A stretch of 64,000 nucleotides of DNA from the human T2T-CHM13v2.0 reference genome, Homo sapiens (GCF_009914755.1 NC_060937.1), one strand, 5' to 3'. Counted from the stretch's first letter, positions 1 to 13,340 are shown. Program-made: numbers and translations. The notes: generated by a model not told the origin, from the sequence alone.

Positions 1-514
1 AGTGTATAAGTCATAAGAAAAAATTGACCATGACTAAAGATAAGACTAGACAAGGGTATCTACGCTTTGAAAAAGTTGGTCACATGATAAGAAGTTCTTT
101 TGAAAATAAGCTTTATTTTTTATTCTTTGGTCAAAAATGGGCAATGATTAAAAATAGCTTATTAATTTTTCAAAAAAATGCATTAAAAGAGCAACATAAT
201 AGCAGATCCAAAGCAGTTTATGCAAAGTTACCCTTATAAAACGTCACAATTAGGAGGCTAGTATGAGTCTCTTATATACTCTGGTTATATCACTAATACT
301 GCACTTAGAAGCCTAAAGCTTTCTTCTTTATTTGAAGAAATGTATATTCCGTTAGGGCACAATTATTTGATTCCATACTGAAAGTGTCTGTAGGTAATTT
401 TATGGAAGAAAGGAACTTCTAGAGACAAAATGAAGCTAAGCTGGGCCTAGAGTTGATACCTTTGGCCAGAAATATTAGGGCAGTCCTTTTATTTAAAAAA
501 ACAAAAATCTTGAC

Positions 515-810
515 ATGAATAAAGCAGCAGAAAGGACATAGTATGATTCTACTTCTATGAGATACCTAGAATACGAACATTCATGGAGTTAGAGAGTAGA
601 ACTGAGGTTACAAGGGACTGGGGGACAGGAAGGTTCAGGGAGTTATTGTTTAATGGGTTCAGTATTTCCATTTGGGAGGATGAGAAAGTTCTGGAGATGA
701 ACAGTAGCAATGGTTGCACAATATTGTGAATGTGCTTAATGCCACTGAATTGTACGCTGAAATTTGGTTAAATGGTAACCTTTCTGATATTTATATTTAC
801 CATGCTAAAA
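515..810 (+). mobile_element. L1M (L1MB-like) 3' end fragment
   Basis: Typical L1MB 3' UTR text: gttattgtttaatggg...aaagttctggagatg...ggttgcaca...gtgaatgtgcttaatgccactgaattgtac. Confidence 0.8.
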
Positions 811-829
811 AGATCCTTGCCTAGCACAA

Positions 830-1480
830 AATTTGATGCATACATTCAATTAGAAAAGTTTTCATTTTCATAAAATTGTTAGTTTTTATGTAGAAAACAT
901 TAACAACAGTAACAAAAGCAGCTGAGTATAGCTCTTCAGAATTTCCATGACCTAGCCATCTGCTTGCATTAAAGCAAACCAGATCTCCATTTTCTGCTTC
1001 AACTTCTTCAGTATATCCAGTAAACTGGTCATGTTTAAAGGCACAAGCATGAATAAAATTCATAATCTCGATCACTTTCCTAAGACATCATGCAATGAAC
1101 CTCACTTGCAGAGTTCACAGCACCAATTCTCCTGATGCAATGGGAAGTGAGCTCACTTTCTCTTTATGATTTAAATCAACGATTGAGATCTCCTATTTTA
1201 TTTCTTTTATTATGGGGCACCGTATCTGTGACAAATAATTTCAGTTTTCTACACTTAGATGAAACTTCTCAACTTTCATACCAGCAAGTGATTACGTTCT
1301 ACTGGTTCAAATATGTTAATTAATTTGGACTCACTATTACTTCTGTTATTTCTAAAAATTCCTGGTTTCTTATATTTGGTTTGCAGTACACAAATGAGAC
1401 ACAGTAGGGTGAGAGCAAATAGTTTTCTATTTCTGATTACTCAGATTCACATAAGACAAAGGGAAAGTCAGATACTTATT
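830..1480 (-). mobile_element. Fossil hAT (Charlie/SPIN/Buster-like) transposase coding fragment, disrupted
   Basis: Minus-strand translation across frameshifts gives motifs in the correct order: FPFVLCES (~FSLALDES), EFLEI, KLFVTD-GAP (2-nt frameshift), LHQENWC (~IHQENLC), VIEIMNFIHACAFKHDQF..EEVEAENGDLVCFNASRWLGHG (~VVKIVNFIRARGLNHRQF..EELESEYGDVLYHTEVRWLSRG). Confidence 0.8.
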
Positions 1481-2255
1481 TATAATTATTTTTCATACAG
1501 AACTATACTAATTCTTCATTCACCTGTATAAACTCTTACATAACATATATTCATGAGAAAGGAACACGTACGATAAATGGAGGGTTCAAGAGACCCAAAA
1601 GATTTAAAGATGGAATGCTTTATTCAACCATTGAGAATATCCTTAATTTGAAATATTGTATGTTAATGTGTTTCTTTGTATTTCTTTATGTTGCCCCTAT
1701 TCTTCATTTCTGGATTTTTAAAAATCTAAACAAACATAAAAGTAAGTTTTTGAATGGTTTTAGTTAGTCCATGTCAATTTACTGGAGTTAAGGATCTTCC
1801 ACTGAAATGCTTTCTAAAAGCCATATTTCACAACTGCAGCTTACCAATGGAATGTTCCATTAGGTGTGCTTTACTTTCTCTCCATCCATGCCATTCAGTC
1901 TTGGTTAAAAGCTGGATACAATAGGGAAGGTTTACTGGGGAGACAGGACACTACACCCTTTAAACCACCTTTCTCAATATTGTCCCCATCAAGAGACAAG
2001 GATTTTGCTTCTTCCAGGTATAGCTCATTCTAGCAGTCTGTGGATTTCAGCACTAAATGTCTTCTAGAAACTTCAGGAGAAACAGCCCTATTTAATACCA
2101 TTTATCTTTACCAGTCATCTGTTAAATAGAACTTCACTTTTAGGAATGTTTTTAAAAGCTAAAATGAAATGTTAAGGAATAGAAATACAGAAACAGTTAA
2201 GTGTCCTGCCCACTCACACATTGCTATAAACAAAATTAAGAACAAGTATTAAAAT

Positions 2256-2355
2256 TAATCCCAGCTACTTGGAAGGCTGAGGCAGGAGGATCACTTGAGC
2301 CCAGAAGTTTGAGAACATAGCGAGACTCTGTCTCACAAAGAAAACAAAATAAAAA
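2256..2355 (+). mobile_element. Alu monomer (FLAM-like) fragment
   Basis: taatcccagctacttggaaggctgaggcaggaggatcacttgagccc...gagactctgtctc followed by an A-rich tail. Confidence 0.8.
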
Positions 2356-3178
2356 CCCAAACATTAAAGTTATTTTATTTTAACTCATTTATTTGTAACC
2401 TGCGGTGCCCACCCAGACTAGAATTTGCAGGGCAATACATATCATACATTTAATATCTCAGTAATCATAACTATTAAAATGATCATAATAACACTTTGTA
2501 CTTACCTAGTAACTTTCATCCAGGGTTTTAAAGCCCTTTCTAAACATTAATTAATTCTCCTAACACTTCTGCCAGATAGATACGTATGATTATCTTCATT
2601 CCCCTAGTGAGGAAACAGAGACATTTGTGTTGTGACTACCCCCAGGCTGTTCTGTAAGGCTGTGGCAGTTGTGAGGGTGAGATCTTAGTGAACAAAATTC
2701 CCATTCTGTGCATTATTCTTTCATTACTTTACATTCATTCTAAGCATGCTGAGTTCCTAGACAAGTGTCTTAAAATTGTCAATGAGCTGTGAAATAATTT
2801 TAAGAATATATGAAAATCCCAAATGAAACTAATAAAAATAGGACCACAGGACTAGGATAGAATGTGAACATTTCCCTGACATTCATTTCTAAAGCTTTGT
2901 TCATGAAATGTCACAACAAACAAGACTAAAGTCTATAATCAATTTGTACTTGCCATGCCCCTTCTCTAAGTTTTTATAATTATGCCACCTCACTGTTTTT
3001 ACTTTCAGTAATTGTTCAACTTCTTTGTGGAGTTTCACATAGAAAAGTTTAACTCTCTGGCTGATTCAATTTTTTTTTTAAAGTGGGATATTGCAGATGA
3101 AAATTGAAAATATCTGCATTCATTCTTCTTGTACATATGATGCTGAAAACTTTAAACACAGACAATTTATGCAAAACA

Positions 3179-3200
3179 ACCACCACCACCACCACCACCA
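3179..3200. repeat. (CCA)n microsatellite
   Basis: accaccaccaccaccaccacca; it produces the poly-W run in ORF 3120..3398. Confidence 0.9.
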
Positions 3201-4275
3201 TTTTTGGGCTTCTGAGTTGATGCTTTTGCTTTTTTCTTCATCTGTCCTGACATTCTGATTACCACCTAGTTTTATGCATTTTCTAGGTGCTTTATTCAAT
3301 TTTCTAGTTTTATACAATAATTTTTCACTTAAGTTGTCACTATTTCTTGTGAATAAATGTCCACTGCAAATATGGCATTGCTCACTTACATAGTCCATTA
3401 TGCAACAAAAAATTTACATGTACATGTAATTATGAGACAGAATTTTGGGGAGTCAGATAATTATGTCCTAGACAAAAATTTATAGCACCGGAAAGGTATA
3501 GACAGTGTCATAGATACCAATTCCTACAAACCAATTCAGAACTGGTTATAAAAATGGTTTATGAATGCTAATTATAGAGTCTGCAATCTGCTAATGTTAA
3601 GTTAGAGTCTTGTAAATAGATAATATGAAGTTTGGTTCCAGAAAATCTACTTATCCATGTCTAGAAAGCTAGGAGAGCTAGAAGATAAAAGTGAGTGCTA
3701 TTTGTTGGTCTGTTAATTGTTTACTGAAATCCTAAAGCTACACAGGTAAATGCAGTTTTATTTAAAGCATCTTAATCTTTCCTTATACAGTTTTATCTCA
3801 TTATCCACCATCTTGACATTTTGGCCTTATTGAAATGTATCTAATCCTTTATCTGCTTTTCTGTAGTTTCTTCACTTTTCTTGTGGATCTTCTATCTACC
3901 CTTTTGCTATTCTGTTTCCTAAGGGCTCACCACCAGTCTGCTTGAAAATATCCTCCATCAAGTAATGTGCATCCAAAATATTTTTAGCCCTTTGTAATGA
4001 GATTTATGTTGATTTTCCTAACTCCAATGATGTTATTAGATTGCTTGTCAAAATCATTAATACAGCCCTTGTATTTAAGAAGTACCCTAGTTCTGGAAGC
4101 CGCAATTGCCATTTTGTTCTAATTGAGCACCTTTTTAGTTCATGGATAGATAACTGTAATTTTTGCTGTCTTCATTTTCTGGACACGACATAATATTATT
4201 TTTAAACACTACATAATTTCATTCCAGAGTCATCTCAGTTTGTATGACATAGAAACAGAAAACCACATGGATTTG

Positions 4276-5399
4276 AGGACATAGGCATAGGCAAGGACTT
4301 CATGTCTAAAACACCAAAAGCAATGGCAACAAAAGCCAAAATTGACAAATGGGATCTAATTAAACTAAAGAGCTTCTGCACAGCAAAAGAAACTACCATC
4401 AGAGTGAGCAGGCAACATACAGAATGGGAGAAAATTTTTGCAATCTACTCATCTGACAAAGGGCTAATATCCAGAATCTACAATGAACTCAAACAAATTT
4501 ACAAGAAAAAAACAAACAACCCCATCAACAAGTGGGCGAAGGATATGAACAGACACTTCTCAAACGAAGACATTTATGCAGCTGAAAGACACATGAAAAA
4601 ATGCTCATCACCACTGGCCATCAGAGAAATGCATGTCAAAACCACAATGAGATACCATCACACACCAGCTAGAATGGCGATCATTAAAAAGTCAGGAAAC
4701 AACAGGTGCTGGAGAGGATGTGGAGAAATAGGAACACTTTTACACAGTTGGTTGGACTGTAAACTAGTTCAACCATTGTGGAAGTCAGTGTGGCGATTCC
4801 TCAGGGACCTAGAACTAGAAATACCATTTGACCCAGCCATCCCCATCCCATTACTGGGTATATACCCAAAGGATTATAAACCATGCTGCTATAAAGACAC
4901 ATGCACATGTATGTTTATTGTGGCACTATTCACAAGAGCAAAGACTTGGAACCAAGCCAAATGTCCAACAATGAGAGACTGGATTAAGAAAATGTGGCAC
5001 ATATACACCATGGAATACTATGCAGCCATAAAAAATGATGAGTTGATGTCCTTTGTAGGGACATGGATGAAGCTGGAAACCATCATTCTCAGCAAACTAT
5101 CGCAAGGACAAAAACCAAACACTGCATGTTCTCACTCATAGGTTGGAATTGAACAATGAGAACACATGGACACAGGAAGGGGAACGTCACACACTGGCGC
5201 CTGTTGTGGGATGGGGGGAAGGGGGAGGGATAGCATTAGGAGATATACCTGATGTTAAATGACGAGTTAATGGGTGCAGTGCACCAACATGGCACATGTA
5301 TATATTTGTAACAAACCTGAACATTGTGCACATGTACCCTAAAACTTAAAGTATAATAAAAAGAAAAAATATATATAAAAAAAGAAAAAAAAGGATAAA
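4276..5399 (+). mobile_element. 5'-truncated L1PA (about L1PA4/5): ORF2 C-terminus, 3' UTR and A-rich tail
   Basis: ORF 4302..5141 matches the L1 ORF2p C-terminus ([24 protein letters not shown]...[18 protein letters not shown]); G-rich 3' UTR; aaaacttaaagtataataaaaa; in-frame 6-bp duplication giving PAIPIPLL. Confidence 0.95.
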
Positions 5400-6104
5400 A
5401 ATGTTGGAAAGTAAGGAGAGTGCTGATAATGATTGGAGTAACTTTGGCCCATTCAAGGCACAAGGTTATGTTTAGACACATGTTTGTCTGTGAACTATCC
5501 TTTTAAAAGATAAATCATTCTTTAATGCTGCTGAAACACTTTTCATCTTCCATGATCTACTGCAAAGGATGGCATATATTTTACACACTTCTAATTGATT
5601 CAGGAATGCCTCTTCCCAACACTTACCTTTAAATACTGTTTCACACCTCTGACACCTCCAGCTAACTAACCCCCGAGTCACCAAGAGCACATTCAGCTCA
5701 CCCCCTCCCTCACCCCGCACCCTATGTTGGAGACAGGGCCAGACTTGAAGGTGGAGGGGCCCCAGGCAATCTTTTCAGTCTCCCACAAAATAATTATTGA
5801 GTAATCACTCAGGGCAAGAATTAAATTGTTGCAGGTTAAGAGGAACAAGAAAGGGTGGTCAGAAAATAATTGGGTTCTGCTGAAAGCTTTCCTGAGATGC
5901 TAGTTAAAAATATCTCCTTTGGTGGAATATGGTATACTCCAGGAAGAAAAATCTCAAGAGCTAAAATATTCATATTGTAAAAGAAAGTTATGGCATAGTA
6001 GATTCATTATTACTTAATTTAAGACTCATGGATATGGCAGGAGTGAAAAAAAATGTTAAACCAAAAACTACCTTAGGAAAAAATACTTAAGTAAAAAGAA
6101 ATAA

Positions 6105-6446
<342 letters not shown>

Positions 6447-7237
6447 GTCATGCATAACAAAATAACAGAGGAATACAGGAGTGTATTTTTTTCAAACTAA
6501 TGTAAACATAGTTAAGTTCACATGTCGTGGATATTTGACAGGGGATTAGGTATTGCAGAAGGGAGAAATAGAGGCAGATATAGACTTAAAAAAGAAGACA
6601 GCAGATGCATAGAATTGGAGACCAGATAATTAGAAATGCCTCAAGGAAAAATGACCACTTTCCCCATTTTTCCTACTCCTGCTTACCTGGTTTCCAGCAT
6701 CTCTTTGATCCAGTTTCCCTGAGTTGTTAGCTACTTCTGCCAAGCCCAAAGAGCTATAGGCCTCTGTGAGCCCATCCTGTCCCTCATAGGCTGGGCAATG
6801 ATTCATTCCCATCGGTTTCAACATACCTTGGGGTACTTACTTCTTTCCTTGGGAAGACTTGTTTCTCCTTCATCTATTTCTGATGAGCCTGTGATAACTG
6901 AATTTGGCCTAATCTTTCAAATCTGTGTATATAATTCATGTGGGACAATGAATAAGAAAAAATATCACATTTTCTTCTTATAAGATTTTAAAAAATCATT
7001 GATACACACTTTTGGCGATTATATTTGACAAAATTGCTAAAGATATATTTAACCAAAAACACTCTTATAGCATATGAAATAGTATATTTGATTTATGTAT
7101 TAACATCATTAGCACTTTCAATTGATCATGAGGTCCTGTATGAAATGGCTATGTATTACATAAACTTGTGTTTTTAGGGTCTAGCATAAGGCCTGGAATA
7201 AAGGAGGCACTGAATATAGTTTTTAAGTTAATGAAGT

Positions 7238-7600
7238 TACAGAAACACGAATACCACATGATCTCACTTGTGGAATGTATGTAGGTGGAATCTAAAAAGT
7301 TGAACTCATAGAAGCATAGAGTAAAATGGAAGTTACCAGGGGCTGGGGGTTGGGGTGTGAATGGGATTGGGGAGATGCTGGACAAAGGATACAAAATTTC
7401 TGTTAGAAGAAATTAACCCAAGAGCTCTATTGTACAATATGGTGACTATAATTAATGACAATATATTTCATACTTGAAAATTGAGAAAGAGTAGATTTTA
7501 AGTGTTCTCACCAAAAAAAGGAAAGTATCTGAGATAATGCATATGTTAATTAGGTCAATCTAGCCATTCCACAATGTATGCATATTTCAAAATATTATGT
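7238..7600 (+). mobile_element. Older L1MA 3' end, outer element; it resumes at ~10808-10858
   Basis: ataccacatgatctcact...ggtggaatctaaaaagttgaactcatagaag...cattccacaatgtatgcatatttcaaaatattatgt, continuing as gttgtacaccataaagatatataattt at 10810. Confidence 0.85.
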
Positions 7601-10584
7601 TAAAACTGACATTACAGAAATACAAGAGATCATCAGAGATTACTATGAACTATACACTAATAAAATGGAAAACCTATGGGAAATGGATAAGTTCCTAGAC
7701 ACATAAAACCTACCAAGACTGAATCAGAAAGAAATAGAAAACCTGAACAGACTAATATCAAGTAATGCTATTGAATCAATAATAAAGTCTCCTAGAAAGA
7801 AAAGCACAAGACCTGACACCTTCACTTCCAAATTCTATCAAACTTATAAAGAAGAACTAATACCAATTCTCCTCAAACTATTCTGACAAATAGAAGAGAA
7901 GGAAATTATTTCTAACTCATTCTATGAAGCCAGCATTACTCTGATACTAAAACCAGACAAGGACAAAAATAAAAAAAGGAAATATTGGGCCAATATTTCT
8001 GATGAACATAGTCACAAAAGTCTTCAACAAAATACTAACAAACTGAATCCAACAGCACATCAAAAAGATAATATACTATGATCATGTGGTAGTCATCCCA
8101 GGGATGCAAGGATGGGTCAACATATGCAAATGAATAAACATGATACATCACATCAACAGAATAAAGAACAAAATCATATGATTATCTCAATAGATGCAGA
8201 AAAGGCGTTTAATAAAATCAACATCTATTGATGATAAAACCTTTCAACAAACTAGGCAGAAAAGAAACATACATCAACATAATCAAGGCCATATATGACA
8301 AACCCACAGCTGACATCAAAGTGAATGAGATAAAGCTGAAAGCCTTTCCTCTAAGAACTGGAACTAGACAAGAATGACAACTTTCACCACTCCTATTCAA
8401 CATAGTACTGGGAGTCCTAATTGGTGCAATCAGGCAAGTGAAAGAAATAAAAGGCATCCAAATTTGAAAACAGAAGTTAAATTGTCCCCTTTTACAGATG
8501 ACACCATTTTATATTTAGAGAAGCTTAAAGAGCCCACCAAAAAACTTTTAGATTTTATAAACAAGTTCAGTAAAGTTGAAGGATACAAAATTCACAAACA
8601 AAAATGATAGCATTTCTATACACTAATAATGAGGTAACTGAGAAATAAATTTAAAAAGGGAATCCCATTTACAATAGTTACAAAAACATTTAAAATACCT
8701 AGGAATAAATTTAACCAAGGAAATGAAAGATCTCTGCAAGGAAAACTGCAAAACACTGATGAAGGAAATTGAAGAGGACACAACAAATGGAAAGACATCC
8801 CATGCTCATGGATTGAAAGAGTTAATATTGTTCAAATGACCTTACAACCTAACACAATTTACACATTCAATGCAATCCGTATAAAAATACCAATAATATT
8901 TTTCACAGAAATAGAAAAAACAATTCTAAACGTTTCACGCAACCAAAAAAGAGCTCAAATAGCTAAAGCAATCCTGAGTAAAAAGAACAAAGCTAGAGGC
9001 ATCACACTATCTTACTTCAAAATATGTTACAAGCCTATAGTAACTAAAATAACATGGTATTGGGATAAAAACAGACACAAAAACTGATGGAACAGAATAG
9101 AAGACACAGAAATAAACCCATAAATTTACAGCCAAATGATTTTTTACAAAGGCACCATGAACATACATCAGGGAAAAGACACCCTCTTCAATAAATGGTG
9201 CTGGGAATACTGGATATGGATGTGCAGAAGAATGAAACTAGACTCTTATTTATCACCATATACAAAAACCAACTCAAGATGAATTAAAAACTTAAGTATA
9301 AGACCTGAAACTATAAAATGATCACAAGAGAACATAGGGAACATATTCCACCTGGTTTAGGCAAAGATTTTTTGACTAAGACCCCAAAAGCATAGGGAAC
9401 AAAAACAAAAATAGCCAAACAAAAATAGCCAAACTAAAAAGCTTCTGAAAAGCAAAGAAAACAGAGTGAAGAGACAACGTTTTGAATGGGAGAAAATAAT
9501 TGCAAACTATTCATCTAACAGGGGACTATTATCCACAGTATAAAAGAAACTCAAACAACTTAACAGCAAAACAAAACAAAACAAAACAAAAATCCCATTA
9601 AAAATTAGGCAAAAAATCAAAGTAGATATTTCTACAAAGACGACACACAAATGACCAACGTGTATATGAAAGAGTGTTCAACAATACTAATCATCAGGTA
9701 AATGCAAATCAAAACCACAGTGGGATATCATCTTATCCCAATTAGGATGTCTAATATTAAAAAAAAAAACAAAAAATTACAGCTGCTGGAGAGGATGTAA
9801 AGGAAAGGGAATTCTTATACACTGTTGATGGGAATGTAAATTAGTACAGCCACTATGGAAAACAGTACAGGTTCCTCAAGAAAAACTAAAGAGAACTACC
9901 ATATGGTCTAGCAATTTCACTACTGGATGTTTATCCAAAGGAAAGGAAATCAGTATATCCAAGGAATGCGTTACCCCCAGGTTTATTGCAGCACTACTGA
10001 CAATAACAAAGATATGGAATGAAACTAAGCATTCATTAATGGGTGAATGAATAAAGAAAATGTGGTACATTTACACAGTAGAATATTATTCACCTGTAAA
10101 AATGCATTAAATCATGTTGTTTGCAGCAACATGGATGGAATTAGAGGTCATTACATTAAAAAATAACACAGACACAGAACGACAAATATCACATGTACTC
10201 ACTTATGTGGGAGCTTAAAAAGTTGATCTCCTGGAGGTAAAGAGTGAGAATGATGGTTACTAGAGGCTGGGAAGGATGTGGATGTGTGTTGGGGTGGAAA
10301 TAAAGAGAGGCTGGCTAATGGGTGCAAAAATACAGTTACACAGAAAGAATAGGTTCTAACGCTTGATGTTAGAGTAGGACGACTACAGTTAACAACAACG
10401 TATTGTAAATTTCAAAATAGACATAAGTGAGGACTTGAAATGCTTTCAACACATAGAAATAATAGATACTTGAGAAGATGCACATCCTAAATACCCAGGT
10501 TTAATCATTACAGATTCTATGTATGTAACAAACTATCACATGTATCCCACAAATTTGTGCAAAGATTATGTATCAATAAAAAAC
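7601..10584 (+). mobile_element. 5'-truncated L1MA (about L1MA4/5), ~3 kb of degraded ORF2 plus 3' UTR, nested in the older L1MA
   Basis: ORF2-like peptides (LSPFTDDTILYLEKLKE; [21 protein letters not shown]...[15 protein letters not shown]); 3' end tatcacatgtatcccacaaat...tatgtatcaataaaaaa. Confidence 0.9.
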
Positions 10585-10700
10585 TTATGATGAATTGTTT
10601 ATTTCTGGAATTTTCCATTGAATATTTTCAGATCAGGGTTTACCACAGGTAACTGAAACTGCAGAAAGCAAAAACTGTGATAAAGAAGGAGGACAACTTT
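10580..10700 (-). mobile_element. Tigger2/MER8 terminal fragment with a single TIR end
   Basis: aaaacttatgatgaattgtttatttctggaattttccattgaatatttt...ggtaactgaaactgcagaaagc...gataa...ggacaact matches the reverse complement of the Tigger2/MER8 end. Confidence 0.75.
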
Positions 10701-11465
10701 AGTTAACAAGTCATCCTACTGTACAGTGACACTACTGTATTTTGTTTTGATTTATGAAATGTGAGTATATCAGCTAGTTAAATAATAATAAATAAATACA
10801 AAAAAATCAGTTGTACACCATAAAGATATATAATTTATATTTCTCTGTTTAAAAATATATTAGTTGTTTGTCATTAAATTAATGAAAGGTCAATGTTTAC
10901 TCAGAAGCTACATTCATTCATCTGCTTATTCGACAAATATTTGTTAAATCCTTACTGTGAGTCAGACACTAAGGGTATCAGAATGCATCATAAAACAATA
11001 CAGAAGAAGGCCTCCAGGTCCCCCTGCATCCTACATTCTGGCTACAGATATAGCAAGGTGTCTCTTTTGAAAAACAAATTAGAAATATACATATATTTGG
11101 GAGAAATCAAGACATTAAAATGGTTGATGTCATGAGAACAGATTAACTTCTGGAAAGAGAGAGTATATGAAGGAAAAAGAAGAACCAATACATTAGTACT
11201 GCCCACAGTAAAGGACTGGGTCTTTTTCTAATGTTTTCCCAGATGCCTCAGTAAAAGTGGTTACTCTGATAATAATTGTTAATAAGTAACAGATATTTCC
11301 AAAGGATATATACAATTAGATTTGAAACAACAAACAATAATGTTTGATTCTAGAGTACAGTATTAAGATAATTTTTTAAAGCAAGCAAGCTAAACTGACT
11401 TGAAATAAAATTCTATTTTATTTTTTATTCTGTTTTCTCAGTTTTCTTTTGTTTCTTCCTTAAAC

Positions 11466-11660
11466 ATTTTTATTGTGAAATATAACATGCATATAGGAAT
11501 GTGCACAAAATAAGATTGTACAGCCTAATGAATGATCATTAAGCAAATACTCATGGAACAACCAGAAAGGTCATGAAATAGGACATTGCCAGAAACTTGA
11601 AGGTCCCCAAATGCTTCCTCCTAGACACTTCCTCTTCTCTATCACATGGAGAAAGCCACT
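11466..11660 (-). mobile_element. L1ME-like 3' end fragment
   Basis: ttttattgtgaaatataacatgcatataggaatgtgcacaaa...tgtacagc...aatgaat...gaaataggacattgccag. Confidence 0.65.
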
Positions 11661-11704
11661 TTACTTTTTTTGTTGTTGTTGATCGTGATGTTTTTATTTA
11701 TGTA

Positions 11705-12218
11705 TGTATTTTATTTCTTTTTAAAAGTTTTTTATTTCAATAGGTTTTGGGGGAACAGGTGGTGTTCGGTTATGTGGATAAGTTCTTTAGTGATGATTTC
11801 TGAGATTTGGGTGCACACATCACCCAAGCAGTGTACACTGTACACAGTGTATAGTCTTTTATCCCTCACTCACTTCTCACCCTTTCCCCCGAGTCCCCAA
11901 AGTTTATTATATTATGCTTATGCATTTTTGTCCCGTAGCTTAGCTCCCGCTTACAAGTGAGAACATATGATGTTTGGTTTTCCATTCCTGAGTTACTTCA
12001 CTTACAATAATGGCCTCCAATTCCATTCAGTTTCTTGTGAATGCCATTATTGTGTCCCTTTGTATGGCTGAGTAGTATCCCATGGTATATATATGCCACA
12101 TTTTCTTTATCCACCCGTTGACTGATGAGCATTTAGTGGTTTCATATTTTTGAAATTGTGAATTGTGCTGTTATAAATGTGTATGCAAGTGTCTTTTTTC
12201 ATATAATGACTTCTTTTT
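11705..12218 (-). mobile_element. L1PB (L1PB1-like) 3' end
   Basis: ttttatttcaataggttttgggggaacaggtggtgtt...gataagttctttagtg...gatgtttggttttccattcctgagttacttcactta. Confidence 0.85.
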
Positions 12219-13119
12219 CAAATGCATGGCTGAAATAAAGTAAAAAATAAAGTATAGGGTACCTATGTAATAGTGATTTCATTATCTGAAGGTTGTTTAG
12301 CTAACTCTTTATGATGTAAATGGCATATATATTCATAGATCACATTAGCTGTGAATTAGTCATGAAGAGAAAAGTAAGCAACATTTTTGAACAAATAATT
12401 TTAAATGGTAGATGAGTAAAGTTAGTTACCCATTAATAAGCTATTTCTTGTACACAGATTTTCATACTTTCATTGGAATTGCTAATTAGGAAAGAGAATA
12501 CCCTGAACATTTCTTTAATAATAAAGAGAACACAACCTAAGTTTCAAAATGTTCATCTATAGAAATACACCAGAACATTGAAAATCCACATTTATCGTCT
12601 ATGAGATATTCTTTGAATAAATCAAAACAGTACAGGTTTTCTATGATTTTAGACTAAATTACTGTAATTTCCCATTGTGTAGTCAGAGTATTTGGATTTA
12701 AATCTTGCTTTTGTCCCCCACTGGAAAAGTTAATTAACACTGGACTAATTATTACTATTATTTGTAAAGTGAGGGTAATAAGTTTGTCTGGATAATTAAA
12801 TGAGAATCTGTGGAAGGCACAGCTTGACATAAGTGCATGGGTCCTGATTTTTTTAATTGTGCTTGGGGTCTTATACCCTAAGACTTCTCCATTTAATAGT
12901 GGAAATGTTAATCTAATAGTAAAGTTCAATAAAATTTTTGAATTAATGAATTCTTGCATACATGAATCACCATATTTATATCAATAGCTTTAATGTATTT
13001 TTATTAGACATACTATGATTGATTCAATAACTTCTCTTTTTATGGACACAATCTCTTATACTTTTGAGTTTACATTATCATTATTAATATTATTAGTTTA
13101 GAAAATTTTGAAACTACAT

Positions 13120-13340
13120 TCCGTATGCCTGGGACTTCCATTTCACTCATCTTCTGTGTTGGAAAGCTAACTACTACGCTACCTAGATGCAGCAAGCATT
13201 CTGGATATTGATTAGGTTTTTCTAAAAGGATGTACCTATGGGAGATTTGGATGGTGTGTATGAGTGGAGACTGTCATCCTGCCTATTTTGGACATTTCTA
13301 TTAAAAACAAGTTTGGTGTGATCCTTGAGGTATGAGTTTT
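13120..13340 (+). mobile_element. Old ERVL-class LTR fragment (LTR33-like), 5' part
   Basis: Resembles LTR33-type 5' sequence (gatgcagc...gattagg...gatgtacctatgggagatttgg); highly diverged. Confidence 0.4.

Noticed and set aside
821-1075. 84-aa ORF as a host protein-coding exon
   Set aside because: Better explained as a decayed hAT transposase; homology continues past the apparent splice sites, with stops and frameshifts.
3120-3398. 92-aa ORF containing WWWWWW
   Set aside because: The poly-W is a (CCA)n microsatellite read on the minus strand; no recognisable domain. A link to the hAT N-terminus could not be supported.
4302-5141. 279-aa ORF as a functional gene
   Set aside because: C-terminal fragment of L1 ORF2p in a 5'-truncated element with no promoter, EN domain or RT domain.
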